Origin: an uncultured bacterium
GTDB lineage: Bacteria > Nitrospirota > Thermodesulfovibrionia > Thermodesulfovibrionales > Dissulfurispiraceae
Direction: 5' to 3'
Length of the DNA: 64,000 nucleotides
NCBI GenBank assembly: GCA_937949555.1
Contig: CALEDV010000023.1
Location: forward strand, 12,869 to 76,868
Shown: piece after piece, positions 30,040 to 39,174 of the stretch
How positions within the stretch are numbered: position 1 is the stretch's first letter
Layout of the letters: every line of letters begins with the position of its first letter
Made by a program: the position numbers and the translations under genes
Notes under the pieces: model-generated
What the model was told of the DNA's origin: nothing
The model's database searches: none
What the model saw: the letters and a program-made list of their open reading frames with translations, nothing else

Positions 30040-30942
30040 ATGAGAGAAGAGATTAAGGCGGGTTTGATTGTTATTGGGGCAATGGCTATACTAATAATCT
30101 CTGTTATTGCTATTGGAGGCAGTAAGTTATTTGATAGCTTTGATGTCTATTACACAAAGCTCTTCAATGTGACAGGTCTTGAATCGGGTTCACAGGTGAA
30201 ACTCGGGGGCATGACCGTTGGCAGAGTTCTTTCAATAAGTCCGCCAGCAAAGGAGAATGACCCTATTCTTATTGAGATCGGATTAAAAAAAGGCACGCCT
30301 TTATATGAGGGCATAACTGCTTCAATTAGCCAGGTTGGTTTTGTGGGAGACATTTTTCTTCAGCTATCCCTGAGCAATAAGATGGGTAAACCAATAAAGA
30401 CAGGAGAAACTATTCCCTCTGTGGAACAGTCCAATTTTAACACTATAATGGCAAAGGCAGAGGCATTAACCCTATCTTTGAAGAAGTTGGTAGAGGATGT
30501 TGACAAGGTATTTAATGATGACAATATCAATAATGTATCGGAGATTATTAAAAACACAAATAAACTTGTAGTGAGCACCGACAACAGGCTTGATAAGTTG
30601 ATAGCCTCACTCAAGTCTCTATCTGAAAAACTTTCAGTTACCATATCAAAGGCGGAACTTATTATGGATGATAATAGAGACAACCTCAAACAGGTAATCC
30701 TAAAGGCAAAGGACGATATGGTTGCCCTTGAGGGACTTATACAATCCCTTGAATCGTCCTCTGAAAATCTTGGTAATATGCTAATAAAGGCTGAACACCT
30801 AATAGATACTCAAAATGACAATCTCGATCAGCTTTTTAGGAAAGTGATAAAGACTACTGAGACACTAAACGATGCAATAAGTAATCTCAATCAGCGTCCC
30901 TGGAGGATAATATACCGGGAACGTTCTCAAAGGGAGGAGTAA
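30040..30942 (+). CDS. mlaD: MlaD/MCE-domain protein with extended coiled-coil C-terminus
   Basis: 300 aa. N-terminal TM, MCE core F.NV.GLE.GS.VKLGGM.VGRV, long helical tail. Confidence 0.8.
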   Translation: MREEIKAGLIVIGAMAILIISVIAIGGSKLFDSFDVYYTKLFNVTGLESGSQVKLGGMTVGRVLSISPPAKENDPILIEIGLKKGTPLYEGITASISQVGFVGDIFLQLSLSNKMGKPIKTGETIPSVEQSNFNTIMAKAEALTLSLKKLVEDVDKVFNDDNINNVSEIIKNTNKLVVSTDNRLDKLIASLKSLSEKLSVTISKAELIMDDNRDNLKQVILKAKDDMVALEGLIQSLESSSENLGNMLIKAEHLIDTQNDNLDQLFRKVIKTTETLNDAISNLNQRPWRIIYRERSQREE

Positions 30943-30945
30943 GAT

Positions 30946-31548
30946 ATGAATAGGGTCTTGATTTGTAAAATAGTGTTCTTTTTTATATTGTGCTCCTCTT
31001 GCTCAACCACTGAGACAAAGATATATAGTCTTTATTTAAATGACCTTAAGGAATACAAAAACACGCAAAAGGTAGATGCAGTTGCCTTCATACATATAAA
31101 GGCACATAAGTATTTGGAACAACCCTACATAGTTTTTAAGACTTCACCCTATGAACTCACCCCTTCATCCTACGCCAAATGGGATACATACCCATCGGAG
31201 ATTATAAAAGAACAGATATTGGAGTATCTCTCAAAAAGGGGTCCTTTCAAAGAGGTCAAAACTACCCGTCCTGTAATAACTGGCAACTCTTACTTGATAT
31301 CTATAAATCTTAAGGACCTATCCAGGTATGATACAGGCTCTTTAAGCTACGGAATACTTGCCTTGTCTGTATCCCTCAAGGATAGTGCAGGCAAAGAGAT
31401 ATACCATAAGGAATTTAATCAAAGGGAACCTCTTCAAGACAGAAGCTATCTGAGTCTTGCTAAGGGTATCAGCGCTGCCTTAAATGTTGTATTGATTGAA
31501 ATGACTGAGGGAATTAACAGTGCGATGAGAGGTCAGGCAGCAAAATAA
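30946..31548 (+). CDS. ABC-transport auxiliary lipoprotein (PqiC/YmbA-like, PF03886-type)
   Basis: 200 aa. Signal peptide with Cys (FFFILCSSCS), KIYSLYL start of the mature domain as in the family. Last gene of the Mla-like operon. Confidence 0.6.
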   Translation: MNRVLICKIVFFFILCSSCSTTETKIYSLYLNDLKEYKNTQKVDAVAFIHIKAHKYLEQPYIVFKTSPYELTPSSYAKWDTYPSEIIKEQILEYLSKRGPFKEVKTTRPVITGNSYLISINLKDLSRYDTGSLSYGILALSVSLKDSAGKEIYHKEFNQREPLQDRSYLSLAKGISAALNVVLIEMTEGINSAMRGQAAK

Positions 31549-31799
31549 AATTACCACAATAGAGCCAATTGCAACCCTCGTAGTTTGTTGATGAAAGCAG
31601 ATAGGTGGCACCTATATGCTTTCTTATTGATATTTCCTCGGGTTCGATCCATTATGTCCCCTATTGAATAGGAGCCCCTAATAATAGGGCATTTCAATGT
31701 CGTATCTTCTTGTATATATCCAATCACCAAGGGATTACAAGTATAACCTGAAGATTCAGCCAACAACATTGACAAAACAATATTGAAAGAATAACAATA

Positions 31800-32062
31800 T
31801 CGGACTTTAAGTCGTGAACGGAAGTCAGGGAAGAGGAGTGAGGTCCTAAGGGCCAATGCTCCCGCTGCCCCGCAGCCGTGATGGGAACGAAAGACCGTGC
31901 TAAAGAGTCAAGAGTCTTCAGTCAGGAGACTTGAGGCCTTTAGTAAGCCACTGTCATGTGTAATATCATGATGGGAAGGTGGTCAAGTAGGAATGCTTGC
32001 CTTAGTGTATAACCCATTGAGGTAAGTAGATGCCCTAAGCCGGAAGACCTATCTGCTTCATG
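31800..32062 (+). promoter_or_regulatory. Cobalamin (B12) riboswitch
   Basis: Conserved blocks in canonical order: GGGAAGAGGAGTGAGGTCC (31828-31846), CCGCTGCCCCGCAGCCGTGA (31862-31881), GCCACTGT (31947-31954), GGGAAGGTGG (31973-31982), B12 box AGCCGGAAGACCT (32038-32050). Upstream of a TonB-dependent receptor. Confidence 0.85.
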
Positions 32063-32457
32063 TTTGCGTCAAACTTCTGGGGAGAAGATGATGCTTACAA
32101 TTGATGTATGCCATAGTTTTTTAGCCATTTTCTATCAAATTGCCTATCTAAGGTCAAAGGCCTTTGCTTTGCCTCCAGAGTATTCAATATCTTGTCATTA
32201 CTGCAAAGGCATGAATCTAAGAGTCAACAGGACAATTATCCATCTTTTTTTGATTCTTGATTTTTATTTCTTTTTACGCCAGGCCTTTGTAATGGTTGTT
32301 TCTAATAACAGTCCTATCCTTACAAAAAACATCCCTGTCACATACAAGGAGGTGATGCAGTAGCCCTGTTATTTATGAGCGTTACGAACGCTTGTATTTC
32401 AAGAGGATCTCGAATCCCGATGGTTTTTTGAAAAATCAAGATATCGGGAGGGTAGTG

Positions 32458-34395
32458 ATGAGGTATTTTATACAAAGTGTTAGGGTTTTGATTGTTGTGT
32501 GGTCTTTGCTATCTTCAACTTATGTTTTTGCACAGGAGGCGGAACTCCGGGAGATAGTTGTGACTGCCTCAAAGACTGAAGAGGACATAAAAGATGTACC
32601 AGCCTCAGTTGAGGTGATTACCCGTCAGCAATTAGAGGCAAGGGGTGCTATAAAGTTAAACGACATCTTAAGGTTGGCAACAGGTGTGTATCAATACACA
32701 GGTCTTACGAGAGACAACTCTGCAGTAAGTATAAGGGGCTTTGACAATAAACAGAGCCTTATACTCATTGACGGCAGGAGACTCTCTGGTGAGCCTACCG
32801 GTGTGTTTGAGATAGATAGGATTACCGTTGAGGATATTGAACGGATTGAGATCGTCAGAGGTCCTGTGAGCGCCCTTTATGGTAGTGATGCCCTTGGAGG
32901 TGTTATAAATATCATCACTCGTACTTCGGAAAAACCCTTTTTTCAGTTTCACCCACAGTTTGGCACCTATAGGGGTGATGGCAATAGGACCACTATCTCT
33001 GGCATTGCTGGCAGTGGTGATTTAGGCAGGTTCAATGTGATCCTATCTGGGCTATATCAGAGGCAAAAGCCCTTAATAGTCAACAACGACACCACCCTTG
33101 ATGATGGAGACCTAAAGAGGGTATCTATGAAGACTCATTACTCCTTCAGCAAGTCAACAAAGTTGATGTTTGACGGCTCTTACACAAAAGAGTTAGTCAG
33201 GCTTCAGACAGAAACCATGGGGCAGATAAACAGCAGTAGATATGACAATTACAGATATGACCTTTCTTTAGCCCTTGACCATAGGAGTGATTTGGTTGAC
33301 CTCTTTGTAAGGGGCTATACCTCTGTGTACAACAAAGACTATGAGCAGAGGAACAAAAAGACCGGGGCCCTCACAGACTTCTATCCCGCAGAGCGTAAGA
33401 CCCCTACAGTAGAGATCAGGGCTACGAAGGAGTTGTTAAAGGGGCATGTTACCACCTTAGGTGCAGAATACAGGAGCGATTACTACCGTGGTGCGAAGGT
33501 CACTACAGGTGAGGGCACCTACAGCGAGACAAGAGAAGGCTTAACGAGGTCAGGCTCTGAAAAGACCATTGGTTATTGGGCAGTATACCTTCAGGATGAG
33601 TGGATAATTGACAACTCTCTGATCTTAGTGCCTGCCCTTAGATACGACGACAGCGATAAGTTCAGTAGTAATATATCACCGAGGTTAGGCGTCACCTACA
33701 AGGTTTATCCAAACCTTCGTTTAAAAGCAAATATCGGGCAGGCCTTTAGGAGTCCAAATGTAGAAGAACTCTATCAGTTCTTTACTACAAGGATGGCAAG
33801 GTTTTGGAACTCTGTAAGAGGCAATCCAAATCTCAAACCTGAAAAGTCCACAAGCTACGAGCTCGCCCTTGAGGCAGAGACAGGTAAATTCAGAGGAAGG
33901 ACGGCATTGTTTTACAACGATGTAAAGGACCTTATAAAAAATGTCCTCACTGGGGGTAAGGGCACAGCTACGGACCCACAGGTATTTGTATCACAAAACA
34001 TCAGCAAGGCAAGGATTCAGGGTTTTGAGATAGAATCAGGTGTAGAGATTACTAAGGGATTAGACCTTAGGGCATCATACACCTACCTTGATGCAAAGAG
34101 TAAGACCGATGACAAACCACTAACCTTAAGACCCAAACACAAACTCGTTGCACAGGGTAGCTACCAATACAAACCCTGGGATGTAAGGTTAGACCTTTGG
34201 ACTGAGTATATAGCTGATTATGTAATGAGTGACTATGAAGAAAAAAGCTACAACACCTGGCACTTTAATATCTCAAAGGATATCAATAAAAACTTCAACC
34301 TATGTGTTGGCATAGACAATATCTTCAATAAAAAAGACAGTGAGATCCCCTTAAATGGCGTATTTTATTATGCTGGCCTAAGGGCAAGATTTTAG
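32458..34395 (+). CDS. TonB-dependent outer-membrane receptor (BtuB-like by riboswitch context)
   Basis: Start set at MRYFIQS (GGGAGG RBS). Signal peptide, TonB box EIVVTASK, plug motifs IEIVRGP.SALYGS.A.GGVINIIT, C-terminal ...GLRARF. Confidence 0.88.
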   Translation: MRYFIQSVRVLIVVWSLLSSTYVFAQEAELREIVVTASKTEEDIKDVPASVEVITRQQLEARGAIKLNDILRLATGVYQYTGLTRDNSAVSIRGFDNKQSLILIDGRRLSGEPTGVFEIDRITVEDIERIEIVRGPVSALYGSDALGGVINIITRTSEKPFFQFHPQFGTYRGDGNRTTISGIAGSGDLGRFNVILSGLYQRQKPLIVNNDTTLDDGDLKRVSMKTHYSFSKSTKLMFDGSYTKELVRLQTETMGQINSSRYDNYRYDLSLALDHRSDLVDLFVRGYTSVYNKDYEQRNKKTGALTDFYPAERKTPTVEIRATKELLKGHVTTLGAEYRSDYYRGAKVTTGEGTYSETREGLTRSGSEKTIGYWAVYLQDEWIIDNSLILVPALRYDDSDKFSSNISPRLGVTYKVYPNLRLKANIGQAFRSPNVEELYQFFTTRMARFWNSVRGNPNLKPEKSTSYELALEAETGKFRGRTALFYNDVKDLIKNVLTGGKGTATDPQVFVSQNISKARIQGFEIESGVEITKGLDLRASYTYLDAKSKTDDKPLTLRPKHKLVAQGSYQYKPWDVRLDLWTEYIADYVMSDYEEKSYNTWHFNISKDINKNFNLCVGIDNIFNKKDSEIPLNGVFYYAGLRARF

Positions 34396-34407
34396 AGGAT
34401 CAAAACA

Positions 34408-35820
34408 ATGGATATAACTAATACTACTGTAGTCAAGGCAGATAGATTCAAGGCAATGCAAGAGGGTATGTCTTTAAAGGACATACCCCTTGAGTGGCTC
34501 TATGGCAATGTAACCAATGATCCCCTCAGATTTGGCTTTTACAGTAAGAGGGTAGTTCATCCAACCATAAAGAGTCCTCTCATAAAAGATAAGGCCCTGC
34601 AAAACAGATGGTCTCAGTTTATGACAATGGAGGATAATGAGGGCTCGAGGGTTGCATATATACACATACCCTTTTGCATCAGTCGTTGCCATTACTGCGG
34701 GTTTTTTCAGCATTTTGTGGATCGAGGGCTCGAGGATGCCTTCATAGACAGCCTCATCAAAGAGCTCAGGATGGCAGAGGACGCGAGATTTATCCAGTGC
34801 CGACCCTTTAATGCAGTCTATATAGGGGGAGGTACTCCGTCAGCGCTTAAGACAGACAGCCTCAGGGGGCTTTTAAATGCTATAAGGAATTCGATACCTA
34901 TGAAGGAAAACTGTGAATTCACCATGGAAGGGTCCTTACAGACCTTTACTGAGGAGACCTTTGAACTGTGTAGGGATTCAGGGATAAATCGTCTTTCCTT
35001 TGGGGTACAGTCTTTCAATACCTCTGTAAGGAGGCTTGTGGGCAGGATGCTCAGTGGTCAGGAGGTGCATGATCGCCTTAATAGGCTTGTTGAGAAGGCT
35101 GACAGCATGGAGATGCTTATTGTTATTGACCTCATCTTTGGCCTGCCCCTTCAGCACATGCCTGTGTGGGAGGAGGATATAGATACATACATCGCCTCAA
35201 AGATACACAGTGCAGACTTCTACCAGCTCAATGTGTTTTCAGATAGCAGGCTGAAGGAGTTTACTGATAAGGGGCTATTGCCATCACAGGCAGGGCTGCC
35301 TGAGCAGGCAATGATGTTTGCAAAGGCCGTTGATATTATGGAAAGGAAAGGACAGCTTAGACTGAGCAACATCCACTGGGCAAGAACTCATGGGGAGAGA
35401 AACCTCTACAACAGCCTTTCAAAGGCTGGTTCAACGATCATACCCTTTGGTCCTGGTGCAGGAGGTAGGGTGATGGGTTCAACGACATTTATAACAAAAG
35501 ACATTGACCGATACATCAAAGAGATTGATGAGGGTGTTAAACCTCTGATGTTTATGACAGAGCCCATCAAAGACTATCAAGTGTATTATCAATTAATTGG
35601 TCAGTTAGATAGGGGCTTCATAGACCTAAGGGCATTACAATCTCATTATCCACAATACTACAGTTTAGCAATGGAGTTGATACAAAAGTGGCAGAGTAGA
35701 GGATTTGTCTTTGTGTCTGATGCAATAGCAAATCTGACCTTGGCAGGTCAGTTCTGGTATGTAAATCTAACCCAGGCACTTATTGATTGGTTGCAACTAA
35801 AGACAGGAGGTATGATGTGA
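34408..35820 (+). CDS. HemN-family radical SAM enzyme with HutW/ChuW-like N-terminal extension
   Basis: 470 aa. About 75 aa precede AYIHIPFCISRCHYCGFF (CxxxCxxC). AVYIGGGTPS, RLSFGVQSF. Confidence 0.7.
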   Translation: MDITNTTVVKADRFKAMQEGMSLKDIPLEWLYGNVTNDPLRFGFYSKRVVHPTIKSPLIKDKALQNRWSQFMTMEDNEGSRVAYIHIPFCISRCHYCGFFQHFVDRGLEDAFIDSLIKELRMAEDARFIQCRPFNAVYIGGGTPSALKTDSLRGLLNAIRNSIPMKENCEFTMEGSLQTFTEETFELCRDSGINRLSFGVQSFNTSVRRLVGRMLSGQEVHDRLNRLVEKADSMEMLIVIDLIFGLPLQHMPVWEEDIDTYIASKIHSADFYQLNVFSDSRLKEFTDKGLLPSQAGLPEQAMMFAKAVDIMERKGQLRLSNIHWARTHGERNLYNSLSKAGSTIIPFGPGAGGRVMGSTTFITKDIDRYIKEIDEGVKPLMFMTEPIKDYQVYYQLIGQLDRGFIDLRALQSHYPQYYSLAMELIQKWQSRGFVFVSDAIANLTLAGQFWYVNLTQALIDWLQLKTGGMM

Positions 35821-36722
35821 TAGGAGTAATAGTTGTTCTTATATGTATTTTGCCCTGGCTATCAGCCAATGCAGAGGTATACATAGATGACCTTAATACA
35901 AAGGTAGAGATCAATTCCAAACCCCAAAGGGTAGTAGCACTCAATGCCTCAAACCTTGAGATGCTCTTGGCATTCAGGGCAAATATTGTAGGAAGACCTG
36001 AAAAGACAGGCATGACAGAGGGCCTCTATGAGAGGGTAAAGGGGATAGATGATATTGGACATACTGCTAATCCCTCTTTAGAGAAGATCGTATCTTTAAG
36101 GCCTGACTTAGTTGTTGGTAATGCAGTGAGCTTTCATCAGGCCTTGGTGCCATCACTTAAAGAGGCAGGCATAAAGACCCTTCTCGTCTCAATCAAAGAT
36201 TACGACGATATATTCAGCAAGATAAGATTGTTTGGTAGGGTTTTCAGGGATGAAAGGACTGCTGAGGAGATCATCAAAGGCATAAAACAAGAAACCGCTG
36301 AAGTGAAGGCCTTAACAAAGGGCAAAGGGGACAAAAGGGTCTTGGTAATATGGGGGTCGCCTCAGAGTTTTTCAATGGCAACGGCCCAGAGCTTTGTAGG
36401 TTCATTGCTAAAGGAGCTAAAGATTGCTAACATTTCAGCGGGCCTTAAGATGCCTACCAATAGTCCGTACATACCCTTGAACCTTGAATACGCCCTATCT
36501 AAAGATCCCGATGCTATTTTCATAATAACAATGGGCAATCCCGAGACTATGAGGCAGAAGGCAATCAGGGAGCTTGAGAAAAGCGGTGCCTGGTCTGCCT
36601 TTAGGGCAGTGAGGGAAAATAGGGTCTATTATCTACCCTATGAACTCTTTACGGTCAATCCCTCCTTGAGGGTTGCCGATGCAATGAGGCACCTTGTGAT
36701 TACACTTTACGAAGGGCAATGA
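35817..36722 (+). CDS. Periplasmic substrate-binding protein of a FecB/BtuF-type (cluster A) ABC importer
   Basis: Signal peptide IGVIVVLICILPWLSANA, PQRVVALN.SNLEMLLA, LRPDLVV. A GTG start at 35817 gives a GTGA overlap with the upstream stop. The ORF track starts at 35787. Confidence 0.8.
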   Translation: MIGVIVVLICILPWLSANAEVYIDDLNTKVEINSKPQRVVALNASNLEMLLAFRANIVGRPEKTGMTEGLYERVKGIDDIGHTANPSLEKIVSLRPDLVVGNAVSFHQALVPSLKEAGIKTLLVSIKDYDDIFSKIRLFGRVFRDERTAEEIIKGIKQETAEVKALTKGKGDKRVLVIWGSPQSFSMATAQSFVGSLLKELKIANISAGLKMPTNSPYIPLNLEYALSKDPDAIFIITMGNPETMRQKAIRELEKSGAWSAFRAVRENRVYYLPYELFTVNPSLRVADAMRHLVITLYEGQ

Positions 36723-36877
36723 AAGAGATAAGATGCAAGAAGTGTAAGAGGCTGTTGATGAAGGGGGATGTAAAGAGGATTGAGATAAAGTGCCCGAAGT
36801 GTGGTTATGTTCAATTAATTGAAGGAGAGAGGTCTTTGAAGGTCGAAGATAAACAAACATCAAAGGAGGCGTCATGA
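36719..36877 (+). CDS. Com-like zinc-ribbon small protein (52 aa), not in the ORF track
   Basis: Own translation: MKEIRCKKCKRLLMKGDVKRIEIKCPKCGYVQLIEGERSLKVEDKQTSKEAS. ATGA overlaps at both ends (36719-36722 and 36874-36877). The pattern M-K-x-I-R-C-K-x-C-x-x-L-L...IEI-x-CP-x-C resembles phage Mu Com. Confidence 0.6.
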   Translation: MKEIRCKKCKRLLMKGDVKRIEIKCPKCGYVQLIEGERSLKVEDKQTSKEAS

Positions 36878-37410
36878 AGGTATTGATCCTCTGTGCATCA
36901 AGATATGGCTCCACAGAGCAGATAGGCCGATGGATGAAGGAGCGATTTATCTATGAAAGTTATGAGGTTTATATGATTAAACCTTTTGACGAGGTAAATC
37001 TGGCAAACTACGATCTTATTGTTTTAGGTTCTGGTATCTATAGCCATAGACCTCTACCTGAATTGAGTAGTTTTATCGAGAAGAATTTAGCCACCCTTAG
37101 AACTAAAAGGGTTGCCCTATTTGGTGTGCTTATGAAGACCAGTCCTGTTTTTTACAAGGGTAAGATCCATGGCGGATTAGGGCACCTTAAAGACACCATT
37201 GATCTCCTTGGAGAGTCAGTTATACATGCAGACATGCTTCACGGTGAGATGGTTCCTTCAAAGCTCACAAAGGAAGACCTCGATGCTGTGATGAGATTTT
37301 ATAAGATGCTCAATCTGCCAGAAAGGGAGCTTAAAGAACGATTAAGGCCTAGGACCCTTATGGACAAAAAAGAGGTCTGGGAGTTTGTTGAAAAGGTCAT
37401 TGCAAAATAA
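36874..37410 (+). CDS. Flavodoxin-like protein (HemG/Flavodoxin_5 type)
   Basis: 178 aa. MKVLILCASRYGSTEQI, DLIVLGSGIY. Confidence 0.7.
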   Translation: MKVLILCASRYGSTEQIGRWMKERFIYESYEVYMIKPFDEVNLANYDLIVLGSGIYSHRPLPELSSFIEKNLATLRTKRVALFGVLMKTSPVFYKGKIHGGLGHLKDTIDLLGESVIHADMLHGEMVPSKLTKEDLDAVMRFYKMLNLPERELKERLRPRTLMDKKEVWEFVEKVIAK

Positions 37411-38392
37411 GAGACTTGTCTTAGTCTTTGTGGGATTTTTTCTTTTAATCTCAGGCGTTGTGTGTAGTCTAAAGATCGGCAGCGTAAATGTAAATATCCA
37501 TGAGATCTTCATACTGCTCTTTCATCCTGAAGATGCAGCGACCTATCATATTGTCTTTAACATCAGGCTCCCAAGGATCTTAATAGGTGCTTTGGTGGGA
37601 ATGAACCTCGCAGTTTCTGGTGCAATCCTTCAAGGGGTGTTGCGTAACCCGATAGCTGAACCATCTATAATAGGCATCTCATCAGGGGCAGGGTTATTCG
37701 CAATCATTGTGATGATACTCGTTCCAGAACAGACTATCTATGTGCCTCTGGTTTCTTTTATTGGTGCAATGCTTGCAGCAACGATGGTCTATGGCATTGC
37801 CTATAGAAGCAAGTTATCGCCTATGGCACTGATACTGTCAGGTGTTGCCATGGCTTCCTTTTTGGGTGCCTTCATGACTACACTGATGGTCTTTCATAGC
37901 GACAAGGTTCAGGGTGTGATTAATTGGTTAGCAGGTGGTTTCCCTGCAAGGAGTTGGATGCACCTTAAGACAATACTACCTTATAGCCTCTTTGGTCTTA
38001 CAATGGCATTTCTTTTAGGTAGGTATGTAAACATCCTGCTTTTAGGTGATGATATCTCAAAGAGCTTAGGACTGAGGTTAGAGTTGACAAGGCTTACACT
38101 TATCGCCCTCTCAGCCCTGCTTGCTGCCTCTGCAGTGTGTGTATCTGGACTGATTGGTTTTGTAGGGCTGATTGTACCACATATGGTCAGGCTTGTGATT
38201 GGCTCAAATTATAGTTATCTCCTGCCCTTTTCAGCGCTCTTTGCCTCGTCCTTTGTTATATGGACAGACCTTGCTGCAAGGACGATCTTTTATCCTGTGG
38301 AATTACCAGTAGGTATTTTCATGGCATTCATGGGCGCACCATTTTTTCTTTTCTTACTTAGAAAAAATCTAAAGGTCTACAGGGCTTCATAA
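37385..38392 (+). CDS. FecCD/BtuC-family ABC permease
   Basis: 335 aa. RLPRIL.GALVGM.LA.SGA.LQG..RNP.AEPSI.G.SSGA, GL.GFVGLIVPH..R. Confidence 0.88.
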   Translation: MLKRSLQNKRLVLVFVGFFLLISGVVCSLKIGSVNVNIHEIFILLFHPEDAATYHIVFNIRLPRILIGALVGMNLAVSGAILQGVLRNPIAEPSIIGISSGAGLFAIIVMILVPEQTIYVPLVSFIGAMLAATMVYGIAYRSKLSPMALILSGVAMASFLGAFMTTLMVFHSDKVQGVINWLAGGFPARSWMHLKTILPYSLFGLTMAFLLGRYVNILLLGDDISKSLGLRLELTRLTLIALSALLAASAVCVSGLIGFVGLIVPHMVRLVIGSNYSYLLPFSALFASSFVIWTDLAARTIFYPVELPVGIFMAFMGAPFFLFLLRKNLKVYRAS

Positions 38393-39174
38393 TGGATAGA
38401 GGATTGATGCTCAAAGGGGTAAGCTTTGGTTACACTGAGGCAGAGGTATTGAAAGATTTATCTCTGACTTTTAAAGACAGTGGCATTGTATCAATAATTG
38501 GTCCAAACGGTTCAGGCAAGTCCACTATACTAAGGCTAATAGCGAGGTTATTGAGGCCAGAGAAGGGTTATGTGCTTTTAGACGGTAAAAATATCCTGAG
38601 TTTGCCCACAAAGGCTGTAGCCAAGAGATTAGCTATTCTCACACAGAACCTTAAATGTCCAGAGGATATAAGGGTAAAGGATTTAGTCAGCTATGGCAGG
38701 ACACCCTATAGCAGTATTTTTGGTAGCAGCGCAGAAGAGGACAGAAGGGTTATAAACTGGGCAATAGAGGTTTGTGGTCTAAAAGACCTCAGTGAAAGGC
38801 CTGTGGTTAGCCTATCAGGAGGGGAGAGACAGAGGGCATGGATTGCGATGGTATTGGCGCAGAGGACGGACCTTCTCCTGTTGGATGAACCTATAACATA
38901 CCTTGACATACACCATCAAATTGAGATGATGGAGCTTGTAAGAAGACTAAATGTGGACTATGGGGTAAGGATCCTGATGGTCTTACATGACATAAATTTA
39001 GCGATAAGATTTAGTCAGAGGCTGATAGCAGTCAAAGATGGACAGATAGTTGGTCAAGACTGTCCAAAGACCCTGATCACTGAAGATTTTCTGTTAAAGG
39101 TATTTAACATCAAAGCAGAGATAATGACAAAGGCTGGACTTCCTTATATCATACCTTGGGGGATCGTTACTTGA
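38392..39174 (+). CDS. ABC ATP-binding protein (BtuD/FepC type)
   Basis: 260 aa. GPNGSGKST, LSGGERQRAWIAMVLAQ, LLLDEP, VLHD. TAATG overlap with the permease gene. Confidence 0.88.
   Translation: MDRGLMLKGVSFGYTEAEVLKDLSLTFKDSGIVSIIGPNGSGKSTILRLIARLLRPEKGYVLLDGKNILSLPTKAVAKRLAILTQNLKCPEDIRVKDLVSYGRTPYSSIFGSSAEEDRRVINWAIEVCGLKDLSERPVVSLSGGERQRAWIAMVLAQRTDLLLLDEPITYLDIHHQIEMMELVRRLNVDYGVRILMVLHDINLAIRFSQRLIAVKDGQIVGQDCPKTLITEDFLLKVFNIKAEIMTKAGLPYIIPWGIVT

Noticed and set aside
31606-31620. TGGCACCTATATGCT as a sigma-54 promoter
   Set aside because: The GG-to-GC spacing is one nucleotide short of the invariant register, and the -12 element is ATGC rather than TTGC.
31641-31650. GGTTCGATCC resembling a tRNA T-arm
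   Set aside because: No flanking T-stem, acceptor or anticodon arms can be drawn, so it is not a tRNA or tRNA fragment I can support.
31920-31936. AGTCAGGAGACTTGAGG looked like a B12 box
   Set aside because: It is the 3' arm of a local hairpin (TCAAGAGTCT...AGACTTGA) in the variable region. The canonical order of aptamer blocks places the true B12 box at 32038-32050.
31551-32363. ORFs 31551-31856 (minus, 101 aa) and 32064-32363 (plus, 99 aa)
   Set aside because: Both overlap or flank the cobalamin riboswitch and its leader. They lack an RBS and have odd composition, so they are most likely non-coding.
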